A DNA stretch of 64,000 nt from IMG/VR virus record IMGVR_UViG_3300022548_000001; one strand, written 5' to 3'. The notes under the pieces were generated by a model, which had not been told where the DNA came from, ran no database searches, and worked only from the letters and a program-made list of their open reading frames with translations. Below, one piece after another: positions 55,494 through 64,000 of the stretch. A program made the position numbers and the translations under genes. Origin of the DNA: an uncultured virus (IMG/VR IMGVR_UViG_3300022548_000001). Lineage: Duplodnaviria; Heunggongvirae; Uroviricota; Caudoviricetes. Within the stretch, counting starts at the first letter, position 1; each line of letters starts with the position of its first letter.

Positions 55494-57596
55494 TTATGAG
55501 TTGAGAAAGTTTTTCGATTTGGCCTCTTCTGGAGTAAATGCGTCAAATTCTGTTTTTGTTGTTTGTTCGGAAATGCTTGATATTTCTTCTTCTGTCAATT
55601 TTAAATTCTTAAATTCAATAAATTTTTCTACTTGTGATGTGGGAAAACTCATAAACGAAAGTATTTCTTCAATAGGCGCGCCCTTTCTTAGAAAAAGCTG
55701 CACCGTTTTTATCGGATTAAATGATAACGTATTTTTTGTGTAAAAATCAAGAATTGCATTGCCATCAATTTTTATCGAAGTCTCACAATTCTTGACAAAT
55801 GCTTTACAAAGTTTTGTAAGTCTTTGATTTTCCGATTTATTCGCCTCAATTCTTTTCCATGCATTAACACAATCATCAATGCTGTCGATTATAAAATTAA
55901 ACGGGTCCCCAATATCATTAATAAACGCCTTGTTAAAAAGCGGACATTTTCCATCACCACCGATATGGCATGAATGACAATATTCGTTTCGTATCGGAGC
56001 GAATGCGCCGTCGGTTTTTAACATTTCTTTTTCAATTTCTTGTATTGAATCGAGAATCCATCTTAAAGCTTTATCGGCATATCCATCAATAGCGTCGTTT
56101 TTAAGTTCTAATCTGATTTTTTTACCAAAACGAATATATTCCACTTCGGCTATTATTGTATCATAACTATTCCTTGGAATAAATTTATATATCATAAGAA
56201 CGTATATAGCCAACTGCATATCTTCAGCCAGCTCTTTTTCACTCATTATTTTTCTTGATGTTTTGTAATCCTTAATAATAATTGTTCTTTTATAATAAAA
56301 AATCATATCAATTATACCACGAAAGAACGCGTTATGAGCGTAAAAATCAGAAAGAATATTCCAATTTTTATCAAAAGCAAAACGCTTCTCGGTAAGAACA
56401 ATATCTCCAGGAAGAATGGAAAAATTCGACGTACGATAAAATTTTTCGGCAAGACGCCGTATATCAATAATTATTTCAGGATCTGTTACTTTATATTGGT
56501 TGATTAAATTTTGAATGATATTTTCATATTCCTCAAGGCTTGGCATTGCTGGTATATCATATGTTACATTAGCCTCTTTAAGAACATTATCCATAGTAAC
56601 AATGAATTTATAAAATCCCTTTGCTTCAGGAAAATATTTATTAATTTTTTCTTGATTTTCAAATAAATATCTGCCTACATCATGAAAAGTTATGTTATCC
56701 TTATTATAATACGCCTTAACATTATTTATATTATCCTCAGAAAATTGACATTTTGATATTTTAACAAATTCGGCAAATTTATTTGCGAATAATTCTCTAA
56801 AACACCATTTCCCAGACTTTTCCGCTATAGCATGAACGACGGTCCCTACAATAAGATAATCTTCATCAGGCTGTTTAATGCCTTTAATATATTGCATGAA
56901 CCATTTAAACGGGCATTGCTTGAATAAATTTATTCTTGAATAAGAATACGTTTGTGTGGCGATCATTTTTTGATCAGAATCGCTCAGTATAACTCCGGTC
57001 TGCGCTTGATTGTTGATCGTTTCAATCTCTTGATTAATATTATTTGAAAAAATCGGCATTTCTAATTTAAGTTGATTTTTCTTTGTTTCAAAATTTTTCA
57101 ATTTTAAATATAGTTCTATTGTTTTATCAACATCGTATTCTGACCGGTGAGCCTTTAAATAATCAAATTCTATTCCAACCCTGCCGCAAGCCGTTTTAAG
57201 CTTATTTGATCTTCCTGGGAATCGAGACCTGGACATTACAAGGGTGTCTTCTATTATTTTAGGCTTTATTTTAATAAATTTAATATCAAAATCTATTATA
57301 TTATGGCCAATAACAGTCCTATCTCCTATAAATTCGGCTATTTTTTCTCGGACGCCGTCTTCCAAATAATTTGGGCATTCTTTTACCATTTCCATGGTAA
57401 TGCCGTTTACATCACTGGCTTCTTTTGAAATAAATCCTGATTTCGGCTTGCATAAAAATGTTAAACACTGACCAGTGGCGCCTGAAAGATTAAATTCTTT
57501 AGCCGTTATTTCAAGAATTTCGTCTTTTTCAGGATCAAGCCCTGTTGTTTCAACGTCAATACATACATGAGTATATATTACTTTAACCATTTCCAT
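55494..57596 (-). CDS. DnaQ-like 3'-5' exonuclease fused to an AddB/Cas4-like PD-(D/E)XK nuclease
   Basis: IDVETTG, GHNI.DFD, AHRSEYD (DEDDh); SYSRI..F.QCP, RGIID, DYKT, QL.IY, C..C....CP. Confidence 0.9.
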   Translation of the reverse strand: MEMVKVIYTHVCIDVETTGLDPEKDEILEITAKEFNLSGATGQCLTFLCKPKSGFISKEASDVNGITMEMVKECPNYLEDGVREKIAEFIGDRTVIGHNIIDFDIKFIKIKPKIIEDTLVMSRSRFPGRSNKLKTACGRVGIEFDYLKAHRSEYDVDKTIELYLKLKNFETKKNQLKLEMPIFSNNINQEIETINNQAQTGVILSDSDQKMIATQTYSYSRINLFKQCPFKWFMQYIKGIKQPDEDYLIVGTVVHAIAEKSGKWCFRELFANKFAEFVKISKCQFSEDNINNVKAYYNKDNITFHDVGRYLFENQEKINKYFPEAKGFYKFIVTMDNVLKEANVTYDIPAMPSLEEYENIIQNLINQYKVTDPEIIIDIRRLAEKFYRTSNFSILPGDIVLTEKRFAFDKNWNILSDFYAHNAFFRGIIDMIFYYKRTIIIKDYKTSRKIMSEKELAEDMQLAIYVLMIYKFIPRNSYDTIIAEVEYIRFGKKIRLELKNDAIDGYADKALRWILDSIQEIEKEMLKTDGAFAPIRNEYCHSCHIGGDGKCPLFNKAFINDIGDPFNFIIDSIDDCVNAWKRIEANKSENQRLTKLCKAFVKNCETSIKIDGNAILDFYTKNTLSFNPIKTVQLFLRKGAPIEEILSFMSFPTSQVEKFIEFKNLKLTEEEISSISEQTTKTEFDAFTPEEAKSKNFLNS

Positions 57597-57960
57597 TTTC
57601 CTCCATTTGGCTTATGACCGATTGAATCTTTTTATAAAGAGCGATAATGGCTTCTTTATCTTCAATTGATGTACCGGGGGAATCAAGAATTTTATGAATC
57701 CCAGACATGATAAAAACCATTTCTGATTTATTGAAAACACATTCAACTTTTGTAATTTCTTGTCTAATTGACACCCCATACTCTTTTTCGATTCCATCTT
57801 CCAATTCTTTCACCCTGTCCCATGCTTCTTTTTCTTTTTGTTTGCATTCTTGAAGATTTAACTTAATTAAATTTATATTTTTTAAATTATGTTTAAAGTT
57901 AATAACAATAACGCATATCGCGATAATAATCGTTATAATATATGTAATTAGAAAAGTCAT
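57583..57960 (-). CDS. Membrane-anchored coiled-coil protein
   Basis: N-terminal hydrophobic helix followed by a coiled coil. Confidence 0.55.
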   Translation of the reverse strand: MTFLITYIITIIIAICVIVINFKHNLKNINLIKLNLQECKQKEKEAWDRVKELEDGIEKEYGVSIRQEITKVECVFNKSEMVFIMSGIHKILDSPGTSIEDKEAIIALYKKIQSVISQMEENGNG

Positions 57961-58163
57961 GTTTTTTCCTCCGAATATATGAATTTGAATAACCGAAGCG
58001 CTTCTTGAAATTCTTCAATTTTTAGAATGCCTCGGCGATTTAATAATAGATCTTTTTTTTTCTTTGGAGATAAATTCTCTGGAATTCCTATACAATACAA
58101 AATATCATGCAATCTCTCGTATGATTTAACCCAAGGGTCAATAATCATCATCGCTTTCTCCAA
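57957..58163 (-). CDS. Hypothetical protein
   Basis: 68-aa ORF with an ATGA overlap with the next gene. Confidence 0.45.
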   Translation of the reverse strand: MEKAMMIIDPWVKSYERLHDILYCIGIPENLSPKKKKDLLLNRRGILKIEEFQEALRLFKFIYSEEKT

Positions 58164-58183
58164 CTAAAAATTGATACAATAAT

Positions 58184-58255
58184 ACATTGCCGTTTTTCGT
58201 TCATCTGGCCAAGTCACCGCTGACTCTTGGCCAGGATGAACGAAAACGGTAATGT
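58184..58255. other. Long imperfect inverted repeat
   Basis: ACATTGCCGTTTTTCGTTCATCTGGCCAAGTCA-CCGC-TGACTCTTGGCCAGGATGAACGAAAACGGTAATGT. Confidence 0.75.
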
Positions 58256-58347
58256 GTGTTAGGCGTCAAATTATTTATTATATCGGAGAAGCTCCGGTTT
58301 GCCTTTTTTTAGGCAACTTGGAAAAAGCATTATTATTTATTATTATT

Positions 58348-59412
58348 TTAAACAGTGCCCTCTTCCATTAATTTTGATGACGCCTCAATTTTTGATTCTG
58401 AAATATCACCGGCGTCCGCTCCAAAATTAATGGCAATATCTTTTTGATCAGACATATCCAATGGAATTGAATCTTCTATATCCAATGGAATTGGGTCTTT
58501 ATCAAATTCAGGAGCTGAAATAAGGGACGCGGCCGACTGCTCAAGCAGTGACATAGTCCCTTCAACCCCCGCAAGCATTGCTCTCTGTTTTTTCTGTTCA
58601 AGGCCCCTCTTTATTGGCTCCATGACCATTGTGTTAAAATCTGCGGACGGGAAAAGGTCAGTAACGAACACCTCCCTTCCTCCTGATTTTATTTTTCGGT
58701 GAACCAAAAATAGTTTGGCTCCAAAAAAGCCGTCGAAAGGAATTTCTTTTCCCGCTTCTATTTGTCGTATAATATGCGCCGCTTTAAGAAGAGTCCATAA
58801 ATCCTTAAGAGCGGATTCTATGCTAATAATAGTATTTATACTTCTTGTTTCAAAGCGGTACGGCATTGTTGATAAGTCACAAGTTGGAAATATTTTCATC
58901 AATCCGATTGGCTTGCATTTTCCGGCTATATAATCGGGGCATGATTCGAAAATACAATACTCTTTGTTATCAAATTTGCGATTAACCCATATTCTTTCGT
59001 TGTCAGCCCCAAAAGTAAGATATTTTGCCGGAGTTCCAAGGCCATGGCTTTTACACAACAGCCCTTCAGTTGATGAAAACATTGATAAAGAGCTTTCCCA
59101 GATATCTTCTGGGGAATGATGAAGACATATAAATTCAAGAAGCCTTGGTGATTTACTCCCTTTATTTTGAGCCTCAAGCGCTTCTTGAACGCTTTGATTT
59201 TGAACCCATTTTTTTATAATTACTTCTTTTTTACTTGCTCCAATTTTTTGGTTTTCAACAACCTCTTTTAACATTCGAAAAAATCCGCACGGAACCGGAT
59301 GATTTTCCATATTCGGCGGTTCTTTAGGGCCATATCCAGTCGAAATTTTCCCTCGATATCTGGTTATATGATTTAATAAATTATTTTCATCATGAGTTAT
59401 TCCGCGAATCAT
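58348..59412 (-). CDS. Gp3-like (recombination directionality factor-like) Cys-containing protein
   Basis: GKI..G, LLC..G, C...CP.Y...CKP.G and YRF.T.S.N pattern. Confidence 0.6.
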   Translation of the reverse strand: MIRGITHDENNLLNHITRYRGKISTGYGPKEPPNMENHPVPCGFFRMLKEVVENQKIGASKKEVIIKKWVQNQSVQEALEAQNKGSKSPRLLEFICLHHSPEDIWESSLSMFSSTEGLLCKSHGLGTPAKYLTFGADNERIWVNRKFDNKEYCIFESCPDYIAGKCKPIGLMKIFPTCDLSTMPYRFETRSINTIISIESALKDLWTLLKAAHIIRQIEAGKEIPFDGFFGAKLFLVHRKIKSGGREVFVTDLFPSADFNTMVMEPIKRGLEQKKQRAMLAGVEGTMSLLEQSAASLISAPEFDKDPIPLDIEDSIPLDMSDQKDIAINFGADAGDISESKIEASSKLMEEGTV

Positions 59413-59431
59413 TTTTTATTCCTTTCTAATT

Positions 59432-60172
59432 TTAAAAAGGCAGCTCGTCTTGTTGAGACAATTCAGGCTCAATATTATCGTTTTTTCCATCAATTTCTGA
59501 TATTACATTAAAATTCATATTTTCATTTTGTGCGGGTCTTGCAGCGCTTCCAAACCCTATCTGTGAGACGTCATCTGAAGATGAATTTGAAACGCTCTTA
59601 TCACCTTCCTGAATTTTCCGAAGCGTCACCAATTTAAGCGACGGCTTATTATTATATTCATGATCCTCAAACACACAAAATACTCTTTGTTTTAAAGAAT
59701 GATCTTTTACCAAGATAAATTTTCCATTCTCTTCTTTCCATTCAGCGGTAAATTTTTGAACAATTGCTTCAGGGCTAATCTTAAAATTATCATCGCCAAG
59801 AAGAGCGCATATTCTTGGTTTTGACATTCTAAACATATTTTCGATTTCATTATACGTCGCTTTAGGCCCCGGCCATACAGGAATATTAACTGTTATATAG
59901 TCGCCGACGGATACAAGGCTCGTTCCTTCAACGACTCTTAAAATTGCCACAAGATTTATTCCGCCCTTTGAAGACACTGCAAGTTGCGGGCTTGCGATAA
60001 TTTTATTGTTTTTATTTCTAAAACAGAAAGTCGACACTTCCATAATATAACTTCCCGATATATCAAGAACTTTTGATCGAGAAGTATCCGTGCTTGGTGC
60101 GGATTCAAACGCCGCTATTGCATTATTGTTATTGTTGAATTTTGAAATGTCAAAAGATCCTACGTTACTCAT
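59432..60172 (-). CDS. Putative single-stranded DNA-binding protein
   Basis: Acidic C-terminal tail QQDELPF, SD AGGAGGT, replication-gene context. Confidence 0.55.
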   Translation of the reverse strand: MSNVGSFDISKFNNNNNAIAAFESAPSTDTSRSKVLDISGSYIMEVSTFCFRNKNNKIIASPQLAVSSKGGINLVAILRVVEGTSLVSVGDYITVNIPVWPGPKATYNEIENMFRMSKPRICALLGDDNFKISPEAIVQKFTAEWKEENGKFILVKDHSLKQRVFCVFEDHEYNNKPSLKLVTLRKIQEGDKSVSNSSSDDVSQIGFGSAARPAQNENMNFNVISEIDGKNDNIEPELSQQDELPF

Positions 60173-60254
60173 TATACCTCCTAGAAAAGTGAATGGTTAT
60201 AATATGTACCTTTGAAAATAATACGCCCTTATTTTAATTTAAGAACGTATTTTT

Positions 60255-61163
60255 TTAATTTTTTATCACATACGGCTTGCTGACAATTTCCGACATATCT
60301 GGGCCTTTCCAAAATGGCTTAATCCATATTAATTTGTGGCTTGCCAATTTTTCTCCACAAGCCTGATTCCTCCAATGTCCTCGTACAATAAATCGAACAT
60401 GCAAAGTTTTTCCGCTTGATTTATATAAAGGTTTATACGATTTTGGAGGTTTTAAATAAATGTATTCATTTCTTTTGTATTCTTTGCCGGATATTTTTAA
60501 TTTTCTACTTCCGCGGATTTCCGTTTCAGATGGTATTCTGGTTGGATCATTAATATACAAAATAGTATTAAAAAACATATTTACCATATTTTTCGCGTCT
60601 TCAGGATCAAGATTAAGTATCGTTTTTCCTGGTTTGCTTGTATCAACCGATTCTTGAATAGACGCGTCCTTCTTCATATATAGCATTAATCTTTCAAACG
60701 CAATACCTTCCAATGACGGACAAAACGCGTCAAGGGAATGATCCCAATTACATTGAACATTTGAATTTCCTTCGCAATCCAGCGCTATAATATTTTTATC
60801 ATTATTAAATAACGCCGAATTAAGATATAAAATTTCCGTTACCGGCCTTGATGTGTTAAATATTTTTGTTTGAAATAGCGGCGCCTCCCCTTCTATTAAA
60901 AAAGATTCAAAAGGATATTGAAAGTCGCATGGTCTTAATTCAAAAGAAATATCAGTATTAACAAAAGCTTCAATAAGATTTTTTGATAATATAAAAGTTT
61001 TTGACCCGTTTTCTTTCCATTTTTTAATTTTTGAATTTAAAGTTAAAGCGTAATATGCGGCTTCTTTTATAAGACCTTGCTTATCTGGCTCGACCTTGTC
61101 AATATTTTTTAATGATTCATTTATTATTTGCTTTAACTGCTCCATTCTTTTGAATAAATTCAT
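60255..61163 (-). CDS. Phage hypothetical protein (VRGHWR family)
   Basis: C-terminal VRGHWRNQ..G......WI.PFWKG motif. Confidence 0.6.
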   Translation of the reverse strand: MNLFKRMEQLKQIINESLKNIDKVEPDKQGLIKEAAYYALTLNSKIKKWKENGSKTFILSKNLIEAFVNTDISFELRPCDFQYPFESFLIEGEAPLFQTKIFNTSRPVTEILYLNSALFNNDKNIIALDCEGNSNVQCNWDHSLDAFCPSLEGIAFERLMLYMKKDASIQESVDTSKPGKTILNLDPEDAKNMVNMFFNTILYINDPTRIPSETEIRGSRKLKISGKEYKRNEYIYLKPPKSYKPLYKSSGKTLHVRFIVRGHWRNQACGEKLASHKLIWIKPFWKGPDMSEIVSKPYVIKN

Positions 61164-61192
61164 AATAATTTTCCTTTTTCCATTTTTCCAAT

Positions 61193-61747
61193 TTATAAAA
61201 CTATACTCTCATATTGAGATAAAAATTTTTTAATATCTATCATTTCTTGTTTTTCCTGAAAATCAAAATCAAGATCAATAACTTTGATAGGGTCCCAGCT
61301 TCTTTCGCCGTTTAATGGGTTAGGCCTGCATCCATATTCTACCCTATAAGGAAATAATTCAAATGGAACTATTTCCGGCTCAAACATTGCAAATTGTTTT
61401 TGAAGCTCAGGCGGCAAATTCCTATTAAAAACTTTTGACAATTGTTCGTCAGTAATTTTTAATCTATTAATCATGTATTGTTCTATAAATTCCCCATTCC
61501 TTCTTGCGTCAGGCCGAAATACGGAATGAAGAATAAGAAATACAAACAATTCTTTATTGTTCATAAACCCGTCAAGAATTTTTACCATATTATTTGATAC
61601 TTGATCAAGCAGGACAAGAAGACATTTAAAATTATTTAACTCATTTTTGGTATTATCACACCAACCAATTTTGACAAAGTAATTGAAGGCGCGATTAAAT
61701 TCCAAATATGGATTTCTTTTTTTATTAATCGCATTTCCGCTTTGCAT
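61193..61747 (-). CDS. Hypothetical protein
   Basis: ATG 61747 chosen to reduce the overlap with the helicase gene. Confidence 0.5.
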   Translation of the reverse strand: MQSGNAINKKRNPYLEFNRAFNYFVKIGWCDNTKNELNNFKCLLVLLDQVSNNMVKILDGFMNNKELFVFLILHSVFRPDARRNGEFIEQYMINRLKITDEQLSKVFNRNLPPELQKQFAMFEPEIVPFELFPYRVEYGCRPNPLNGERSWDPIKVIDLDFDFQEKQEMIDIKKFLSQYESIVL

Positions 61748-64000
61748 ATCGCTCACTAAGCGACTCAAATCTTTTGATCTTTTTGTCCATTTGAGAAGTG
61801 AGTTCATCTGGTGTAACATCGAGATAATCTGATCCTTCATATCCAGAATCTCTCTTTTCTATCAACCATTTTGAAAACATCTCCGTTTTTCTAAACATTC
61901 TATTTGACGTTCTTTCAAAACAATTTCTATGACAAAGAAGGTTAATTAATTTATAACACACATCGGACGCGTATTTATACGAACAAGACCTTTCATTGTC
62001 ATTTTTAGCGCTGACAATAAAAGCCCTGTTTGATATAACGGCGTCTATGTAGTCAAAGAAAACTTGCCTAAATGTACTTTCAGTGAATTCATCTTCTTTA
62101 ATAAGTTGATCATATCCAATATATTTAATAATCCCCTCCATAAATCTCATATCACCAAGCTTTTCGGCTTGATACTTGGCTTCTGAATATCTATCAAGGG
62201 CGATATTTGGATGGCAATATAATCTCATGAGGGTTGTGCATATAAAATCAACATGTTCCTTTGTAACATATATTTTATTCCAATCATTATTCGGCGGGAT
62301 TGAATACAACATTGTCGCTATTGAAACCGACATTCTTAAAACCTTAGCCCTGATTTCAATATTAACAAGCTGACTTGAAGGATGAAATTTATTGAGAAGC
62401 ACCCCCGATTTTTCCGTAATATACTCCTCAAGACCCGGCTCAAGAATTATATCGTCCGGCTTTCTTGAATAACACCATTTAATAAGATTTTGACATTGAA
62501 ACTCGGTAAATTCCGTTGAAATTTGATCATATACGGATTGAAATTCTTTATAATCAACGTCGCTTTGTTTCACAATATACGCTATATCAAAACGTGAAAG
62601 TATCTCGTCTTTGTTAAAGCATAAATCTTTAAGCATTAAAAATGGTTGTGTATGTTCCTTTTTTGTTTTGTCGGTTCCCCGCTGGTTTGATAGCATTATT
62701 TTCCTTGTTCTGGCAGGGACTTTCCCAGATTTTGCCATTTGAACGTCGGCGACTCCGCTAGACCTGCAAGGAGTAAGACTATCAAAGCCTTCATAATTAA
62801 TCTGACTAAGCTCGTCAATTATAATTATTCCACCGTCATTTGCCGGTATTTTTCCCCATGAAATCGATTGTGTATTCTTAAAAGTCGTTATTCCACCGAG
62901 AAGTCCGGTTCTGCTGACCGCCCCAGAACCGGATATGAACTCTCCTATCTTGTAATGATTATGAAGAAATCGTGATACAACAGTTTTTCCACAGCGGGTT
63001 TCGCCGGCGATTAAGGCTTCAACATATCCTCGTGATATCGCAGGAAGCAAAGTTGTATTATGTATTTCCGCGGCAGAGAAGAAAGCAAGATCATTAATAA
63101 GAAACAGGTCGTCTCTTCCGGTTAACCCTGCGGCGTTTCCGAAAATTTTATACCGTCTCTTTAAATGACTTTCAATGCTTTCCCCGGGCTTTCTTCTGAA
63201 CACCAGAAGAATATTGTGTATTTCTTCATTCATTACAAAATTCTCGATGGAAGTGGCTATAGGCTCGGCCTTATGAGCAAATAAGACGGCATATTGACCA
63301 TTCCAAGAATTTGTTCTGACAGCCTCGAATCGATAAGATTTATTTGCATATATGTCTTGCTCGCCAAGCATGTACGCTTCCACTGTAATTGATGACGTGG
63401 CCGGGTCTCCATATTCAGCGACGTCTTTAGCGAGCCTGACATGAAGAATCTTTTCATATTCAAGGTCTATAATTTTTAATCTATTACAATGAGAATTCGC
63501 AAGAATTAAGTCCTTAATATGATTTCTTTTTTGAGTTTCTGTCACTTGAATAAGTCCAAGTATATCGTGTTCCGATATTCTAATATGATTTCTATCAGTG
63601 ACTCCTTCGTCCGTTCTTTCAAAATATAAAGTTATACCAGACTCTGTTTTATCAAATTCCGGGTATGATGGAAGAGAGCAATTTTTGCATTTTCCAGATT
63701 TATTTGCGGCGCCGCCCGCACCCATTTCTTGGCATATAACACAAAATTTCTTTGGATATTGATATGCAGTCGAATCAAAATCAGAGACTGACGATATAAG
63801 TTCGAGAATTATTGAACCATCGGAAGAATAATTTTTTGCCATTCTTGATTCTTGAAGCGTAACTTTTCTTTTTTCTTTCCGCGTTCTGCCTTCATTCTCG
63901 GTATAAACGTCAGTATCGTCCACCAATTTATTGAAAAGATAAATGGCGTGTTCATTAAAACCATTTTTTTGAAGAAAATCGGTAAAATCTTTTTCCGCTC
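61725..64000 (-). CDS. Primase-MCM-type helicase fusion (5' truncated by the window edge)
   Basis: AGETRCGKT, S..GL.GG, WG.IP.NDGGIIIIDEL, LSRFD and a Cys4 zinc finger. The frame is open to the edge and reads EKDFTDFL (TOPRIM-end-like). Confidence 0.8.
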   Translation of the reverse strand, partial: AEKDFTDFLQKNGFNEHAIYLFNKLVDDTDVYTENEGRTRKEKRKVTLQESRMAKNYSSDGSIILELISSVSDFDSTAYQYPKKFCVICQEMGAGGAANKSGKCKNCSLPSYPEFDKTESGITLYFERTDEGVTDRNHIRISEHDILGLIQVTETQKRNHIKDLILANSHCNRLKIIDLEYEKILHVRLAKDVAEYGDPATSSITVEAYMLGEQDIYANKSYRFEAVRTNSWNGQYAVLFAHKAEPIATSIENFVMNEEIHNILLVFRRKPGESIESHLKRRYKIFGNAAGLTGRDDLFLINDLAFFSAAEIHNTTLLPAISRGYVEALIAGETRCGKTVVSRFLHNHYKIGEFISGSGAVSRTGLLGGITTFKNTQSISWGKIPANDGGIIIIDELSQINYEGFDSLTPCRSSGVADVQMAKSGKVPARTRKIMLSNQRGTDKTKKEHTQPFLMLKDLCFNKDEILSRFDIAYIVKQSDVDYKEFQSVYDQISTEFTEFQCQNLIKWCYSRKPDDIILEPGLEEYITEKSGVLLNKFHPSSQLVNIEIRAKVLRMSVSIATMLYSIPPNNDWNKIYVTKEHVDFICTTLMRLYCHPNIALDRYSEAKYQAEKLGDMRFMEGIIKYIGYDQLIKEDEFTESTFRQVFFDYIDAVISNRAFIVSAKNDNERSCSYKYASDVCYKLINLLCHRNCFERTSNRMFRKTEMFSKWLIEKRDSGYEGSDYLDVTPDELTSQMDKKIKRFESLSERYAKRKCD

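Noticed and set aside
51999..64000. Eukaryotic or archaeal virus origin suggested by RRM, MCM, Kelch and ubiquitin-like genes
   Set aside because: Shine-Dalgarno sites, intrinsic terminators, sigma-70, tmRNA and contractile-tail genes point to a bacteriophage.

Overview
This 64-kb window is AT-rich, densely coding DNA from a large contractile-tailed dsDNA bacteriophage. The left arm (347-42411, + strand) is a virion morphogenesis block. It carries a tail assembly chaperone with a -1 frameshift, tape measure, baseplate hub/wedge/J-like genes with an embedded sigma-70 factor, a long run of fibre/beta-helix/Kelch genes, head-associated proteins and a portal. The right arm (42458-64000, - strand) holds replication and recombination genes: primase-MCM fusion (truncated), SSB-like, Gp3-like, DnaQ-PD-(D/E)XK fusion, SNF2, RRM and VRR-NUC. 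These are followed by an accessory island. The best candidate for a new system is a five-gene phage-encoded ubiquitin-like operon at 46168-51232: two coiled-coil/E2-like proteins, a JAB peptidase, a ThiF/E1, and a tandem di-Ubl whose domains both end in KGN. Just downstream are a tmRNA with a 29-codon tag, an unannotated 185-nt tRNA-mimic RNA and a GC-rich AcrIII-1/DUF1874-like gene. In the tail region, one beta-helix domain and one Kelch blade appear to be split collinearly across consecutive ORFs. All calls come from reading motifs by eye; no searches or folding programs were run.
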